Part shown: positions 44,183-53,948 of the stretch, one piece after another
Position numbering within the stretch: position 1 is the first letter of the stretch
How the letters are laid out: every line of letters starts with the position of its first letter
Assembly: GCA_041651095.1 (NCBI GenBank)
Contig: JBAZJV010000002.1
Location: 43,621 to 107,620 of the forward strand
DNA: 64,000 bases
DNA from: Patescibacteria group bacterium
GTDB taxonomy: Bacteria > Patescibacteriota > Patescibacteriia > Patescibacteriales > UBA12465
Reading direction: 5' to 3'
Notes under the pieces: generated by a model
The model's database searches: none
What the model was told of the DNA's origin: nothing
The model's input: the letters and a program-made list of their open reading frames with translations, nothing else
Position numbers and translations under genes: made by a program

Positions 44183-44950
44183 TCAGGATAAGAGCCGCCA
44201 ATACCAGGCAATAATCGCTTCTCCCCAAATTAAAGTAATAATAGCCCCGGCGGCCAAAAATGGACCGAGGGCGATGCGGGATTGCCACTGTTTGCGCCGA
44301 CTAACAAGCAGGATTAGGGAAATACTAGCGCCTAAAGTATAAGAAGCGACCATAATCAGGAAAAGGCGACTTATGGCCGGAAAAGCCAGTCCTAAGAAAG
44401 CACCCAGCCAAATATCGCCCTCGCCCACGCCGCGGCGGCCGGTTAGAATATACTGGACCAGAAAAAAGGCGGCACCCAAAGCGGCACAGGTTAGCAGCAA
44501 TAACAGCGGCGCGCCCAGCAGCAGATTAAGCAAAAATACGGCGACGCCGGCCGGCGCCAGGAAATCCAGGGGAATAAGCTGCCATCTTAAATCATAAACG
44601 AAGACGACGAGCAAAGCGATAACCAGCAACCAGTCGCGCGATAAGGCTAAAGCTAATTGCGGATTAGCTAGTTCTAGGCGGCAGGTCAGCACAAACAGGA
44701 TGGCTGTCGCCAGCTCCACCAACGGATATTGCCAAGAAATATTCTGCCGGCAGGATCGGCAACGGCCGCGCAGAATAAAGAAGCTCAACACCGGAATATT
44801 ATCATACCAGGCGATCGCCCGGCGGCAATGCGGGCAATAGGAGCGGCCGCGCAGGCTTTCCCGCCGGTACAGCCGCCAGATCAGACAATTCAAAAAACTG
44901 CCAGTGATCAGGCCGAGGATAAAAACGATGCTGAAAAATAAAGTAAGCAT
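44183..44950 (-). CDS. pilD: Type IV prepilin peptidase (A24 family)
   Basis: 255 aa with CPHCRRAIAWYDNIPVLSFFILRGRCRSCRQNISWQYPLVE and a GEGDIWLGAF aspartyl motif region. Confidence 0.85.
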   Translation of the reverse strand: MLTLFFSIVFILGLITGSFLNCLIWRLYRRESLRGRSYCPHCRRAIAWYDNIPVLSFFILRGRCRSCRQNISWQYPLVELATAILFVLTCRLELANPQLALALSRDWLLVIALLVVFVYDLRWQLIPLDFLAPAGVAVFLLNLLLGAPLLLLLTCAALGAAFFLVQYILTGRRGVGEGDIWLGAFLGLAFPAISRLFLIMVASYTLGASISLILLVSRRKQWQSRIALGPFLAAGAIITLIWGEAIIAWYWRLLS

Positions 44951-44953
44951 AAA

Positions 44954-47287
44954 TCATTGATCGTATGCCTGCCGCAAAGCTTGAATGGCCGGCTCAGCCG
45001 GCGCCAGCTGTCCGGCCCGTTCCAGATATATTCGGGCTTGGGGTCGGTCGCCGGTCTCATAATATAAGGCGGCGAGCGCCAGCGACCAGTGATAATCGCC
45101 CGGGTCCCTGGCCAGGCCATGGGCAATATAAGAAATTGCCGCCGCCTGATCGCCGGCCAGATAATAAGCATCGGCGACCTGCTTTAATAATACCAAATCG
45201 TCCGGATTGGCGCGATAAGCCTCCCGGTAATATTTGGCCGCCGCGGCATACCGGCCTTGGAGCTGATAAATGGCGGCCATCTGCCGGTTAAGGAAAGACC
45301 GATAGTCCAGGACGATGCGGCGATGCTCTTCATTCAAGCGGCGATCGCTAGCCTCCGGCAAAACCAGGCCGGCGTGATAGTAATTCAATAAGGCGCGAAG
45401 CTGATCGCCTTCGGCCAGGGCCAGCCCGGCCCGAGCTAAGTAAACCGGCGGCCACTGCGGCGCCAGAGCAACCAGCTGATCCAAGTAATTGCCGGCGGCC
45501 GGATAATCTCGTAAAGCCCGGGCGATCTCCGCTTGCACCAGAAGCTGGCGATAACCAGTTCGGCTCAGGGACCCGCTGATTTCCATTAACTTATTCCTGG
45601 CCGCGTTCTTGACTGCGGCGCCGGCCAGGTCGGGATAAGCCTGGCTCAACTGCTCAGCCAGAAACAGATCGTAAAATTCCTGGTTAGCCGGGTTGACCCG
45701 GAGATCGGTCAGATATCCGTAAATGGTCAGGGCCGTGAAATAATCCTGATCGGCCAGAGCTTTGACAGACTGCTGGAAATAAAAATCAGCGATCAGGGTT
45801 CGCAGACTGCAATTAGCCTGCCAGGCGATGATGATGATCACGACAACGGTGGCCAATAATCGGCCTGAATGGCGGCGCCAGGAACCGCCGGCCGCCGGGA
45901 CGACTGACCGCCCGTCACCGGGCTGCCAAGATAGGACAACCAATAAAGCCAGAAACAGCCAGAAATAGATTTCGCCGGTTAAGATGGAAAAACCGAACAA
46001 TAAGGAAATCAGATAGGCGGCCGCACCGAGGGCCAGGGCTAAAGACAAGGCGGCAGATCGCCGCTGCCGGATATTGCGGCGCGCCAAATAAAAGAAAAAA
46101 CCATACAGGACGGAAAATAGGACTAAACCAAAAATGCCGGTAGTCAACAATATGTCCAGAATCAGATTATGAGCCCGGTCCGCTACTTGGCTGACCTCGC
46201 CGTAGACGCCCCAATCCGGGGCATAGTAACGGATAAATATTTCCTGGCTGTTTTCCAGGCCATAGCCGAATAACGGCCGCTCCGGAATCGTCGCCAAAGC
46301 GGCCAGATAAAAATTCCAGCGGGCGCCGGTCGAACCGTAATTAATATCGACCGCCCGCGACCAGCGCGGTCCGGCCAGCGCCCCGCTGACGACCCAGGCG
46401 ACTAGCGCCAGGAAAATCAAAGCCAAGGCTAACCAGATTTTTCGCCGGTGCGGCCAGCCGACATGGGTGAGCCAATAAAGCAGTCCGGCGGCGGCCACGA
46501 TGAGCGCGGCGATTATTCCGGCGCGGCTGCCGGTCAGCCATAAAGCGATCAGCTGCAAGATAAAAGCCGCGGCCCAAACCGACTTAAGCCAAAAGGAGCG
46601 GCCACGGAAAAACAAATAAGCGCTTAAGGGTAAAACCAGGAGCAGCCAGGAGGCTAGAAAATTCGGCTGGCCGAAAGTGGCGAAGCTGCGCTGCGTCAAA
46701 TACGGCGCTTCCAACCAATATAAGAAATCAATATTCAAAAATTGCAGAACAGCGTAGGCCGACACTGCGCTGCCGGTTATGACGGCCGCGCCCACCAGCC
46801 GCTCGATTTTCTTAGCGACCGCCGATTCAGCGCTCACTTCTTTGACGCCGGCGTCCGGCCGGCCGACCGGCCAGAGGTTAAAACTGAGCAAGACGAACCA
46901 TAAGGCATAAAACAGATAACTAAGCAGCCCTTGCTCACGCGCCGGATTGCCATAAAAACTCTGAGCGATATTCGTCGACCAAATCAGGGTCAAACTTAGG
47001 CCGATAATAAAAACGGCCGGCGGCAGCCAGTATTTTTTTAGCGCGCCGCGTGTCGGCCAAGGTACGGCGGCCGGATAAATGACGGCTTTGAGCAAAGTGA
47101 AGAGCAGAAGCAGCCAAATCAGGATCTGGAACAGCACGAATTTATTCAATTCAAAAACATGGTAAGTCGGCCACCAATAAGCGAACCAGAGCGGGACGGT
47201 GACGATGATCGCCAAATAGCTGGTCTCGATCAAGCCGTTCAGAATGTTTAGCCCGGCAACACCGGCCGATCGGAAAATGAATTTCAT
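44954..47287 (-). CDS. O-antigen-ligase-like (Wzy_C) polytopic membrane protein with a C-terminal TPR domain
   Basis: 777 aa. It has at least 12 TM helices, including an ...ADRAHNLILDILLTTG... loop typical of the O-antigen ligase family. The C-terminal 300 aa form TPR repeats (YYLAGDQAAAISYIAHGLARDPGDYHW...). Confidence 0.6.
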   Translation of the reverse strand: MKFIFRSAGVAGLNILNGLIETSYLAIIVTVPLWFAYWWPTYHVFELNKFVLFQILIWLLLLFTLLKAVIYPAAVPWPTRGALKKYWLPPAVFIIGLSLTLIWSTNIAQSFYGNPAREQGLLSYLFYALWFVLLSFNLWPVGRPDAGVKEVSAESAVAKKIERLVGAAVITGSAVSAYAVLQFLNIDFLYWLEAPYLTQRSFATFGQPNFLASWLLLVLPLSAYLFFRGRSFWLKSVWAAAFILQLIALWLTGSRAGIIAALIVAAAGLLYWLTHVGWPHRRKIWLALALIFLALVAWVVSGALAGPRWSRAVDINYGSTGARWNFYLAALATIPERPLFGYGLENSQEIFIRYYAPDWGVYGEVSQVADRAHNLILDILLTTGIFGLVLFSVLYGFFFYLARRNIRQRRSAALSLALALGAAAYLISLLFGFSILTGEIYFWLFLALLVVLSWQPGDGRSVVPAAGGSWRRHSGRLLATVVVIIIIAWQANCSLRTLIADFYFQQSVKALADQDYFTALTIYGYLTDLRVNPANQEFYDLFLAEQLSQAYPDLAGAAVKNAARNKLMEISGSLSRTGYRQLLVQAEIARALRDYPAAGNYLDQLVALAPQWPPVYLARAGLALAEGDQLRALLNYYHAGLVLPEASDRRLNEEHRRIVLDYRSFLNRQMAAIYQLQGRYAAAAKYYREAYRANPDDLVLLKQVADAYYLAGDQAAAISYIAHGLARDPGDYHWSLALAALYYETGDRPQARIYLERAGQLAPAEPAIQALRQAYDQ

Positions 47288-47305
47288 GCTTTAATTATAC
47301 CAGAT

Positions 47306-47332
47306 AAAAAAAGGGCTGGAAACAGCCCTTTT
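47306..47332 (-). terminator. Rho-independent terminator after secF
   Basis: The minus strand reads aaaagggctg-tttc-cagccc followed by ttttttt. Confidence 0.7.
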
Positions 47333-47357
47333 AGGAAAATTATTAGCTAATATTAAA

Positions 47358-48266
47358 CTATTTCTGCCGGTGAGTAAATTTATCCCAGACAACCAAGACC
47401 GGGCTCGCCACGAAGATGGAGCTGTAAGTGCCGACACAGATGCCAACGATAAGCGCCAGAGCAAAATCCTTAATCGTATCGCCGCCCAGGAATAACACGG
47501 CCAATAAGGCCAGGATGGAAGAAAGCGAGGTATTAATGGAACGGGTGATCGTCTGGTTCACACTCCGGTTGACCGTATTCTCGAAATCTTCCTGGCTCTT
47601 CGGCAGGCTTTCGCGGATACGGTCGAAGACGATGATCGTATCGCTTACGCTATAGCCCAGGACGGTCAGGACGGCCGCGATAAACGGCGTATTCACTTCC
47701 ACGCCGAAGAAATGGCCGAGCACCGCGAACACGCCGAGGATAAACAGAATGTCATGGATGAGGGCGATGATGGCCGCCACGCCGTATTTCCAAGAAGCGA
47801 CCGGCCGGGAAACCTTACGGAAAGCCAGAGAGATATAGATGATGATCATCACAAAGACGATCGCGGTCGCGTTGAAAGACTTGCTCTTGAGTTCCTGCCC
47901 GACGGACGGCCCGACCGCGTCGAACTGCAGTTCGGAGACGGCCGCCCCCGGCTTATCCTTGACTAAGGCTTGCAGGCTGTTCATCGCTGCCCGATGAGCC
48001 TCCTCCGTATTATCCTGGAAACGCATGATTACCGAATTGCTGGTCGGCTGGATGACCAGGTTGTGCAGGCCGACCGGCTGCAAAGCGTTTTGCAACTCGG
48101 TAATGCTGGGCTGATAGTTGGTAAACTGCACTTCCCAGAGACTGCCGCCGGTAAAATCGATGCCGAAATTCAACCCCCAGAAGCTAATGGCCAAAATGGA
48201 GGCGACGACGGCCAGGCTCGACAAGCTCAAGAATATTTTTCTCTTTTGAATGATGCGATAAATCAT
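47358..48266 (-). CDS. secF: Protein translocase subunit SecF
   Basis: 302 aa with GIDFTGG, a six-TM SecF layout and a VFDRIRE motif. Confidence 0.9.
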   Translation of the reverse strand: MIYRIIQKRKIFLSLSSLAVVASILAISFWGLNFGIDFTGGSLWEVQFTNYQPSITELQNALQPVGLHNLVIQPTSNSVIMRFQDNTEEAHRAAMNSLQALVKDKPGAAVSELQFDAVGPSVGQELKSKSFNATAIVFVMIIIYISLAFRKVSRPVASWKYGVAAIIALIHDILFILGVFAVLGHFFGVEVNTPFIAAVLTVLGYSVSDTIIVFDRIRESLPKSQEDFENTVNRSVNQTITRSINTSLSSILALLAVLFLGGDTIKDFALALIVGICVGTYSSIFVASPVLVVWDKFTHRQK

Positions 48267-48277
48267 ATGGAGTAAAT

Positions 48278-49849
48278 TTATTTATCTGATCCGGCCGCGG
48301 GGCGACGGACGCCCAGGAGCCAGGGCCGTTTTTCCAGCCAATTGCCCAAAATGACGATGAATAAGGTATGAGTAATAACGATGGCGCTGAACAAGGAAAC
48401 TACGATGCCGATGAACAGGGTGGTGCCGAAACCCTGGATAGTCGAGGTGCCGAAGAACATCAGGATCAGACAAGTGATGATCGTAGAAACGTTGCCGTCG
48501 CGGATAGACGGCCAGGCTCGTTTGAAGCCGTCGTCAACCGCCTGGCTGACCGATTTACCGGCGCGCAATTCTTCCCGGGTGCGGGAAAAAATCAAAACGT
48601 TGGCGTCGACCGCCATGCCGATGGACAGAATAAAACCGGCGATACCGGACAATGACAGGGTAACCGGCTTCAGGGCATAGAAGAAAAGCAGGAAGCCGAT
48701 GATGATAAACAGCAGTGCCAGGGTGCCGTTGAATATTTTCAGCTCGTTGAAAGTATAGAAAATCAGCCCGATCATGACAATCACCAGGACCAGGGAAAAC
48801 CAGATCGGCAGGGCTTTGAAAATGGCCAAGATAGTCAGTCCATAAACCAACAGCGAAATTATCGAAAGCAAGCCGGGCAGGCGGTAATACAGAATCATGA
48901 AAATAGAAACCAGCAACAGGCCGAGCAGCCCGGCCTGCAGGCTATTATTTATGGACTGGGAGCCCAGGCTAGCTTCGACGGTCTTCTGCGAAACCAGGGA
49001 AATGGGTACCGGCAGAGCGCCGGAATTCAGCCGGGTCACCAGCATCTTGGCTTCGTCGACCGTAAAGCGGCCGGAAATTGAAGCCTGGCCGCCGGTGATT
49101 TTTTCATTGACCGTCGGCGCGCTAATCAGATAGCCGTCCAGGAAAATAGCGATCGGCTTATTGATGTTGCGCGCGGTGATCTCTTCGAATAATTTTGCTC
49201 CCTCGGCATTGAACTCCAGGGAAACTTCCGGCGAACCGTCATTGGGGTTGAATTGGACCGAAGACCGTTTCAAGTATTTGCCGCTCAACTCGGTGTTCTG
49301 CCAATTCTGGCCCAGGTCCAGGGTAACCGGCGTCGCCGTGCCGGCCGGAGAAGAGGTGGCCGCTACCACGGGGATGGAAGTCGCCTCTTCTTTGAATTCC
49401 AAAATCGGGGTTTCGCCGATAGTCTTGATAGCTTCGCCCACGTCTTTAATGCCGGCCAATTCGGCGATAACTTGGTAATCGCCGGTAATGCTCCGATTAA
49501 CCGTCACCAACGGCTCACTGACGCCGAAAGCATTGACGCGCCGTTCAATGACATCACGGACCGAATCCATGGCTCCGGCCCGATCGGCTTCCGGGATGCT
49601 GCTGACATCAGCCTTATAGACCAGGTGAGCGCCTCCCTGCAAATCCAAGCCCAAACTGAACGGAATATCCTTAATTTGTGGTAAAATTACGACATTATTA
49701 GTCTTAGCCGCTAATTGTCCGGCCAATTTATTATAATAGGTTCCGCCGGCGGCCAGACCGACGGCCAGAGTGAAGATCGCGATTATCGCCAGCATCCACC
49801 AGGCCTTGGCGCGAGCCGATAATTTAGAGAATTTTTGGATAAATGACAT
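48278..49849 (-). CDS. secD: Protein translocase subunit SecD
   Basis: 523 aa with LGLDLQGGAHLVY, a large periplasmic-type P1 domain and AVDANVLIFSRTREE. Confidence 0.9.
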   Translation of the reverse strand: MSFIQKFSKLSARAKAWWMLAIIAIFTLAVGLAAGGTYYNKLAGQLAAKTNNVVILPQIKDIPFSLGLDLQGGAHLVYKADVSSIPEADRAGAMDSVRDVIERRVNAFGVSEPLVTVNRSITGDYQVIAELAGIKDVGEAIKTIGETPILEFKEEATSIPVVAATSSPAGTATPVTLDLGQNWQNTELSGKYLKRSSVQFNPNDGSPEVSLEFNAEGAKLFEEITARNINKPIAIFLDGYLISAPTVNEKITGGQASISGRFTVDEAKMLVTRLNSGALPVPISLVSQKTVEASLGSQSINNSLQAGLLGLLLVSIFMILYYRLPGLLSIISLLVYGLTILAIFKALPIWFSLVLVIVMIGLIFYTFNELKIFNGTLALLFIIIGFLLFFYALKPVTLSLSGIAGFILSIGMAVDANVLIFSRTREELRAGKSVSQAVDDGFKRAWPSIRDGNVSTIITCLILMFFGTSTIQGFGTTLFIGIVVSLFSAIVITHTLFIVILGNWLEKRPWLLGVRRPAAGSDK

Positions 49850-49992
49850 AGATTTAAGGGAAAAATCGCCCTTAACCGGGCAACATAATAAAGAATTCTT
49901 TTATATTAGCAAAACTGGTTCTATCTTAAACCAGCCGGCGATAAAAATCAAGGGGGCCGGCTGTCTGCCAGGGCGACCAGAACACCGAATAT

Positions 49993-50030
49993 AAAAAAGC
50001 TCCGGAACGCGCTGTGGACACGCTCCGGAG
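49993..50030 (-). terminator. Rho-independent terminator after the T9SS-tail gene
   Basis: The minus strand reads ctccggagcgtgtccacagcgcgttccggag followed by cttttttat. Confidence 0.65.
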
Positions 50031-50068
50031 TACTTAGGGACGGACCTGATCATTAGACCAGGACCTTT

Positions 50069-51874
50069 TTACTTTATTAGAATCATTTTCTTTGTTTGTA
50101 CGAATTCGCCGGCATTTAATCGGTAAATGTAAGTACCGCTCGCCAGCTGAGCACCGTTGAAATCAACCGTATAAACGCCTGCTGCTTTTTGTTCATTAAC
50201 CAAAGTCATTACATCTCTGCCAAGAATGTCGTAAACTTTTAAAGTTACCGATCCGGACTGGGGGATGCTATAGCTAATAGAGGTAGTCGGATTAAACGGA
50301 TTGGGATAATTCTGTGCGAGGCTGAACGTTTTTGATAATTCGGTTTTACCTTCGACGCCAGTTACCTGTCCCGGAAGACTGACCGCTTCAACTTTATACT
50401 TTAACCTGCCATCCGGGACGGTAAATAAAATTTTTCCGTTGCTTACTGTGGCTGCCTTACTCCATAATTTCCCTGATGGGAGCATGGCCGATATCCTGAC
50501 CGCATAAGCCTTGGTGCTGATGTTTATCATATCACCGGTTTGCGTCGTGGTATAGCCTACCGGCACCGGTCTGGTACGCTGGGACATTAACTGCCCAATA
50601 CCTAAACCGCTAACGAGTGGATCGTCGGGGTGATTCAGCCACACACGTAAGAGGAATAAATCACATAAAGTTGAACCGTCAAATAGAATAGCGGTCTTAC
50701 CGAGATTATAGCCGACCCTGGTATATTGATATTCTTCCCCAATATAACCGAGACTCGTATATAATTTCTGTAATTCATCTACATCATCCATTAATACCGC
50801 CCCGTCTCCGTTAAAGTCACCCAAAACTCCATCAACTGACTTTATCGCTCGACTATAGTCTGCATATTGCGATAATGGCACTGACATAAATGGGCTATAA
50901 AGCACCGCTTCGTTGGAGAAATAGATATAGGAACTCGCACCGACTGGCAGAGAGTTGTGCCCGGACAGCCAACTGAAATTGAAATACTCTATGCCACCGC
51001 TTGTAGAATTGACTGTCCAATCAATTATCTGACTGGTATTAGTCACCGCCATGGTCACGTGACCGCGACTTTTTAAATCATCAGTCCAGGGAGCAGAAAG
51101 GCTAAAGTCGCCGCCGGTTAGATCTTGACCAATATTGGTGCTGGTCCTGAAACCAACAATGCAATTCGGTAAATAATTGGCTGGATTTAAATCACAATAC
51201 CCGGAAGAAAAGAAATACTCACCGGGCAGAACGTACAAGGTATCGGCAGTCAAGCCATTGCCGCCACGTGGATAAATCTGCAGCTTAAGCCGCAGATGAT
51301 CAGTATTGGCTAGCACCAAATTATTTCCAAACAATCCGTTATTCCAATCCGGTTCGTAATGCAGCACTTTACTCTCTTTAGCAGCAATGTCAGTTACGGC
51401 CAAATCTGTTAATGAAACATTAAATGTGCCCCAGCCATACAAATCTGCCCGTAGATTGATGACCACTGAGGTATGTTTGGCGATGACTAGCGGATTCGGA
51501 AAGTAAAAACCAATATTACGACTAGCGACATTAAGAGACCATGAATTGACTACACCGAGCCGCACATCATTATACAAAGCTTGAATGTTATGCATTTCCA
51601 GCTGAGCATCTTCGTATGGACTATAAATGCCAAAGACCATGCCAGCGACTAAGATGTCGTGACTAGACTGATTGTCTACCCTAACCGCATAGCAGCTAAT
51701 ATCGGATAAAACTTGCTTATCATTCGCCACCAAATTAGCACTGGGGGCTGATTGGTCTAAAGTTGCATAAACTGAATCCAAGGCAGTAACCGGATTCGTG
51801 GTCTGAGCTAGGGACAACGAACTGATACTGATAACGAACAACAAAAACCAGAAAAACATGGACATTTTTTTCAT
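50069..51874 (-). CDS. Secreted protein with a T9SS-type (Por_Secre_tail) C-terminal sorting domain and one dockerin/EF-hand-like loop
   Basis: 601 aa with a signal peptide (MKKMSMFFWFLLFVISISSLSLAQT). The C-terminal region reads FSLAQNYPNPFNPTTSISYSIPQSGSVTLKVYDILGRDVMTLVNEQKAAGVYTVDFNGAQLASGTYIYRLNAGEFVQTKKMILIK. It also has GDFNGDGAVLMDDVDEL. GC is clearly lower than in the flanks. Confidence 0.75.
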   Translation of the reverse strand: MKKMSMFFWFLLFVISISSLSLAQTTNPVTALDSVYATLDQSAPSANLVANDKQVLSDISCYAVRVDNQSSHDILVAGMVFGIYSPYEDAQLEMHNIQALYNDVRLGVVNSWSLNVASRNIGFYFPNPLVIAKHTSVVINLRADLYGWGTFNVSLTDLAVTDIAAKESKVLHYEPDWNNGLFGNNLVLANTDHLRLKLQIYPRGGNGLTADTLYVLPGEYFFSSGYCDLNPANYLPNCIVGFRTSTNIGQDLTGGDFSLSAPWTDDLKSRGHVTMAVTNTSQIIDWTVNSTSGGIEYFNFSWLSGHNSLPVGASSYIYFSNEAVLYSPFMSVPLSQYADYSRAIKSVDGVLGDFNGDGAVLMDDVDELQKLYTSLGYIGEEYQYTRVGYNLGKTAILFDGSTLCDLFLLRVWLNHPDDPLVSGLGIGQLMSQRTRPVPVGYTTTQTGDMINISTKAYAVRISAMLPSGKLWSKAATVSNGKILFTVPDGRLKYKVEAVSLPGQVTGVEGKTELSKTFSLAQNYPNPFNPTTSISYSIPQSGSVTLKVYDILGRDVMTLVNEQKAAGVYTVDFNGAQLASGTYIYRLNAGEFVQTKKMILIK

Positions 51875-52055
51875 GACCTACTCCTATAATTAATGAAATG
51901 ATGTATTTTTTATTTAATTTAAGATAAAATTTTCTTAAATGTTTTGTTAAAAAACAAAGACCTTAAATATTAACACATATATGATATTCAGTCAATATTT
52001 AAAAAACCGATAGTTTTGCGTATAATAAAAGTCTGAATAAATAAATTTTCTTAAT

Positions 52056-52640
52056 ATGCCGTTAATTCCTACCGTGATAGAAAAAGAGGGGCAAATGGAG
52101 CGGGCTTATGACATCTATTCCAGATTGCTCCGCGACCGGATCATCTTCCTGGGCGAGGCTATTGACGACCATGTCGCCAATATCGTGATTGCCCAGCTGC
52201 TTTTCCTGGACGCCGAGAACAAGGACCAGGATATCAAATTCTACATCAATTCTCCGGGCGGATCAGTATCTTCCGGCTTGGCGATTTATGACACCATGCA
52301 GTACATCAAGTCCGATGTCTCGACGATCTGCGTCGGCTTGGCCGCTTCCATGGCTTCCGTCCTCCTGGCCGCCGGCAAGAAAGGCAAACGCTTCGCCCTG
52401 CCGAACAGCGAAATCATGATCCACCAAGTGATGGGCGGCGCCGAAGGCCAGGCTTCCGACATCAAGATCCGCGCCGAGCACATCTTGAAGATAAAAGAGA
52501 ATATGAATAAGATCCTGGCGCTCCATACCGGGCAAAAAATCGCGACCATTGAAAAAGACAGCGACCGGGATCATTTCATGACCGCCCAAGAAGCGATGGA
52601 TTACGGCTTGATTGATAAGATCATCGGCAGCAAAAACTAA
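52056..52640 (+). CDS. clpP: ATP-dependent Clp protease proteolytic subunit
   Basis: 194 aa with [24 protein letters not shown] (catalytic Ser), MIHQV (His) and [17 protein letters not shown]. Confidence 0.95.
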   Translation: MPLIPTVIEKEGQMERAYDIYSRLLRDRIIFLGEAIDDHVANIVIAQLLFLDAENKDQDIKFYINSPGGSVSSGLAIYDTMQYIKSDVSTICVGLAASMASVLLAAGKKGKRFALPNSEIMIHQVMGGAEGQASDIKIRAEHILKIKENMNKILALHTGQKIATIEKDSDRDHFMTAQEAMDYGLIDKIIGSKN

Positions 52641-52668
52641 ACCGACAGCAAACGATTTCCTGATCACA

Positions 52669-52699
52669 AAACTCCGCGGCTAAAAACCGCGGAGTTTTC
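52669..52699. terminator. Bidirectional rho-independent terminator
   Basis: aaaactccgcgg-ctaaaaa-ccgcggagtttt. Confidence 0.7.
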
Positions 52700-52724
52700 T
52701 TAATGATCGGCTATTGAAATCAAC

Positions 52725-53717
52725 TCACTTGATAAAGAAAGAGTTGATCATCATCTGGAAGATCGTCGGATAGGCGATGCGGCCCTCCAGTGCGGGAATA
52801 TAGGAAATAACGAAAATATGCTGGCGGTTCTTGTCCGTCAAGTAAAAATTCAGGCCATTTTCACCCATAATGCCCTCCCAGCTGTAAGTGCTCCGGACCT
52901 TGTCGTAGGTGACGGTCACTTCCGGAAAAGACTCCTCATACCAGCTGAGCATGCCGGCCCGATTCTGGTTATCCTGCACGGAGATCTGAATCAAGGAATT
53001 ATCCGGCGCGCTGAAGATGGTCGTCGCCTCGTCATTCAAGGATTGAACAGGCCAGCCTTTCGGGTACAAAATCTCGTAATTGAAGGCTTGGTTGGCATAA
53101 GTTGTCAGCTGAGGATTGGTCGCTATTTTGCCGCTGCCGGACGGATCATAGCCGTTGATGATTTCCGCGAAATCAGAATAAGCATCGCCATCCGAGTCCG
53201 TGGAAGTGGCGCTAATTCCCAATAAGGCTTCCTCGCTGTCATTCAAGCCGTCCCGATCGGCATCCGGGAATAACAAATCAGTAGAACTCGTCGCCGGATT
53301 TTGGTCCGGCGCGATGACCGTCGTGGTCGCCAGGTCAATCGGCACCGTCGTGGTCGCCAAATCGGTCGTCGTGGCCGTTTCGACGATTGGCACCGTCGTG
53401 GTCGCCGGGCTGATGTCCGGCTCAACGATCACGGCCGGCTGCGGCGCCGCCGCCGGCGCGATGACAAAGCGATAACTCAAATAAACTAAAATGCCGATTA
53501 CCAGGACGCCGCTAATCATGATAATAATGCCGGTAGTCCGGTGCTTGGTGCCGGCCGGCTGAACCGCCGTGGCGACGGGCAAAGGAGCCGGCTCCATCCC
53601 CACCGCATAAGCCTCACCCAATTTGGCGGCCTTCGGCATATTGTGGACGACCATATCCTGATTCAGCTGATTGACGGCTTCCGGATTTTGTTCGATTTTC
53701 TTTTTCTTCTTAAACAT
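52725..53717 (-). CDS. Membrane-anchored extracellular protein with thrombospondin-type-3-like Ca-binding repeats
   Basis: 330 aa with one TM helix (TGIIIMISGVLVIGILVYL) and a Thr-rich linker (TTTDLATTTVPIDLATTTV). It has DADRDGLNDSEE and DSDGDAYSDFAE, plus a C-terminal globular domain. Confidence 0.5.
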   Translation of the reverse strand: MFKKKKKIEQNPEAVNQLNQDMVVHNMPKAAKLGEAYAVGMEPAPLPVATAVQPAGTKHRTTGIIIMISGVLVIGILVYLSYRFVIAPAAAPQPAVIVEPDISPATTTVPIVETATTTDLATTTVPIDLATTTVIAPDQNPATSSTDLLFPDADRDGLNDSEEALLGISATSTDSDGDAYSDFAEIINGYDPSGSGKIATNPQLTTYANQAFNYEILYPKGWPVQSLNDEATTIFSAPDNSLIQISVQDNQNRAGMLSWYEESFPEVTVTYDKVRSTYSWEGIMGENGLNFYLTDKNRQHIFVISYIPALEGRIAYPTIFQMMINSFFIK

Positions 53718-53742
53718 AAATTACCTCCCAACTCCGCGGATG

Positions 53743-53937
53743 TTACTGCCAAAAGATTAAAAAAGCGATCAAGACCATCAAGCCAAAAATCAATAGTCCC
53801 AAAAATAGCCATTTTTTAAAATGGCTATCGGCGGTCTGAGGCATCGTGTGCAGGCTGAGGGACAAACGCGGTAGAGCCTGCTTGGCGGCGAGCGATCGAG
53901 AACGCGCCAGCGTCTTATTATCGCTGTTCATCAACAT
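53743..53937 (-). CDS. Small single-TM protein
   Basis: 64 aa with a C-terminal hydrophobic helix (WLFLGLLIFGLMVLIAFLIFW). It lies in the same-strand cluster. Confidence 0.35.
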   Translation of the reverse strand: MLMNSDNKTLARSRSLAAKQALPRLSLSLHTMPQTADSHFKKWLFLGLLIFGLMVLIAFLIFWQ

Positions 53938-53948
53938 AAAAACGAGAA

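Noticed and set aside
49850-49992. Hairpins in the secD upstream region (aagggaaaaatcgccctt; cagccggc...gccggctg) as a possible ncRNA or riboswitch.
   Set aside because: The stems are short with long loops, and nothing resembles a known RNA family by eye. They are more likely promoter-region or terminator remnants. An Rfam scan would be needed.
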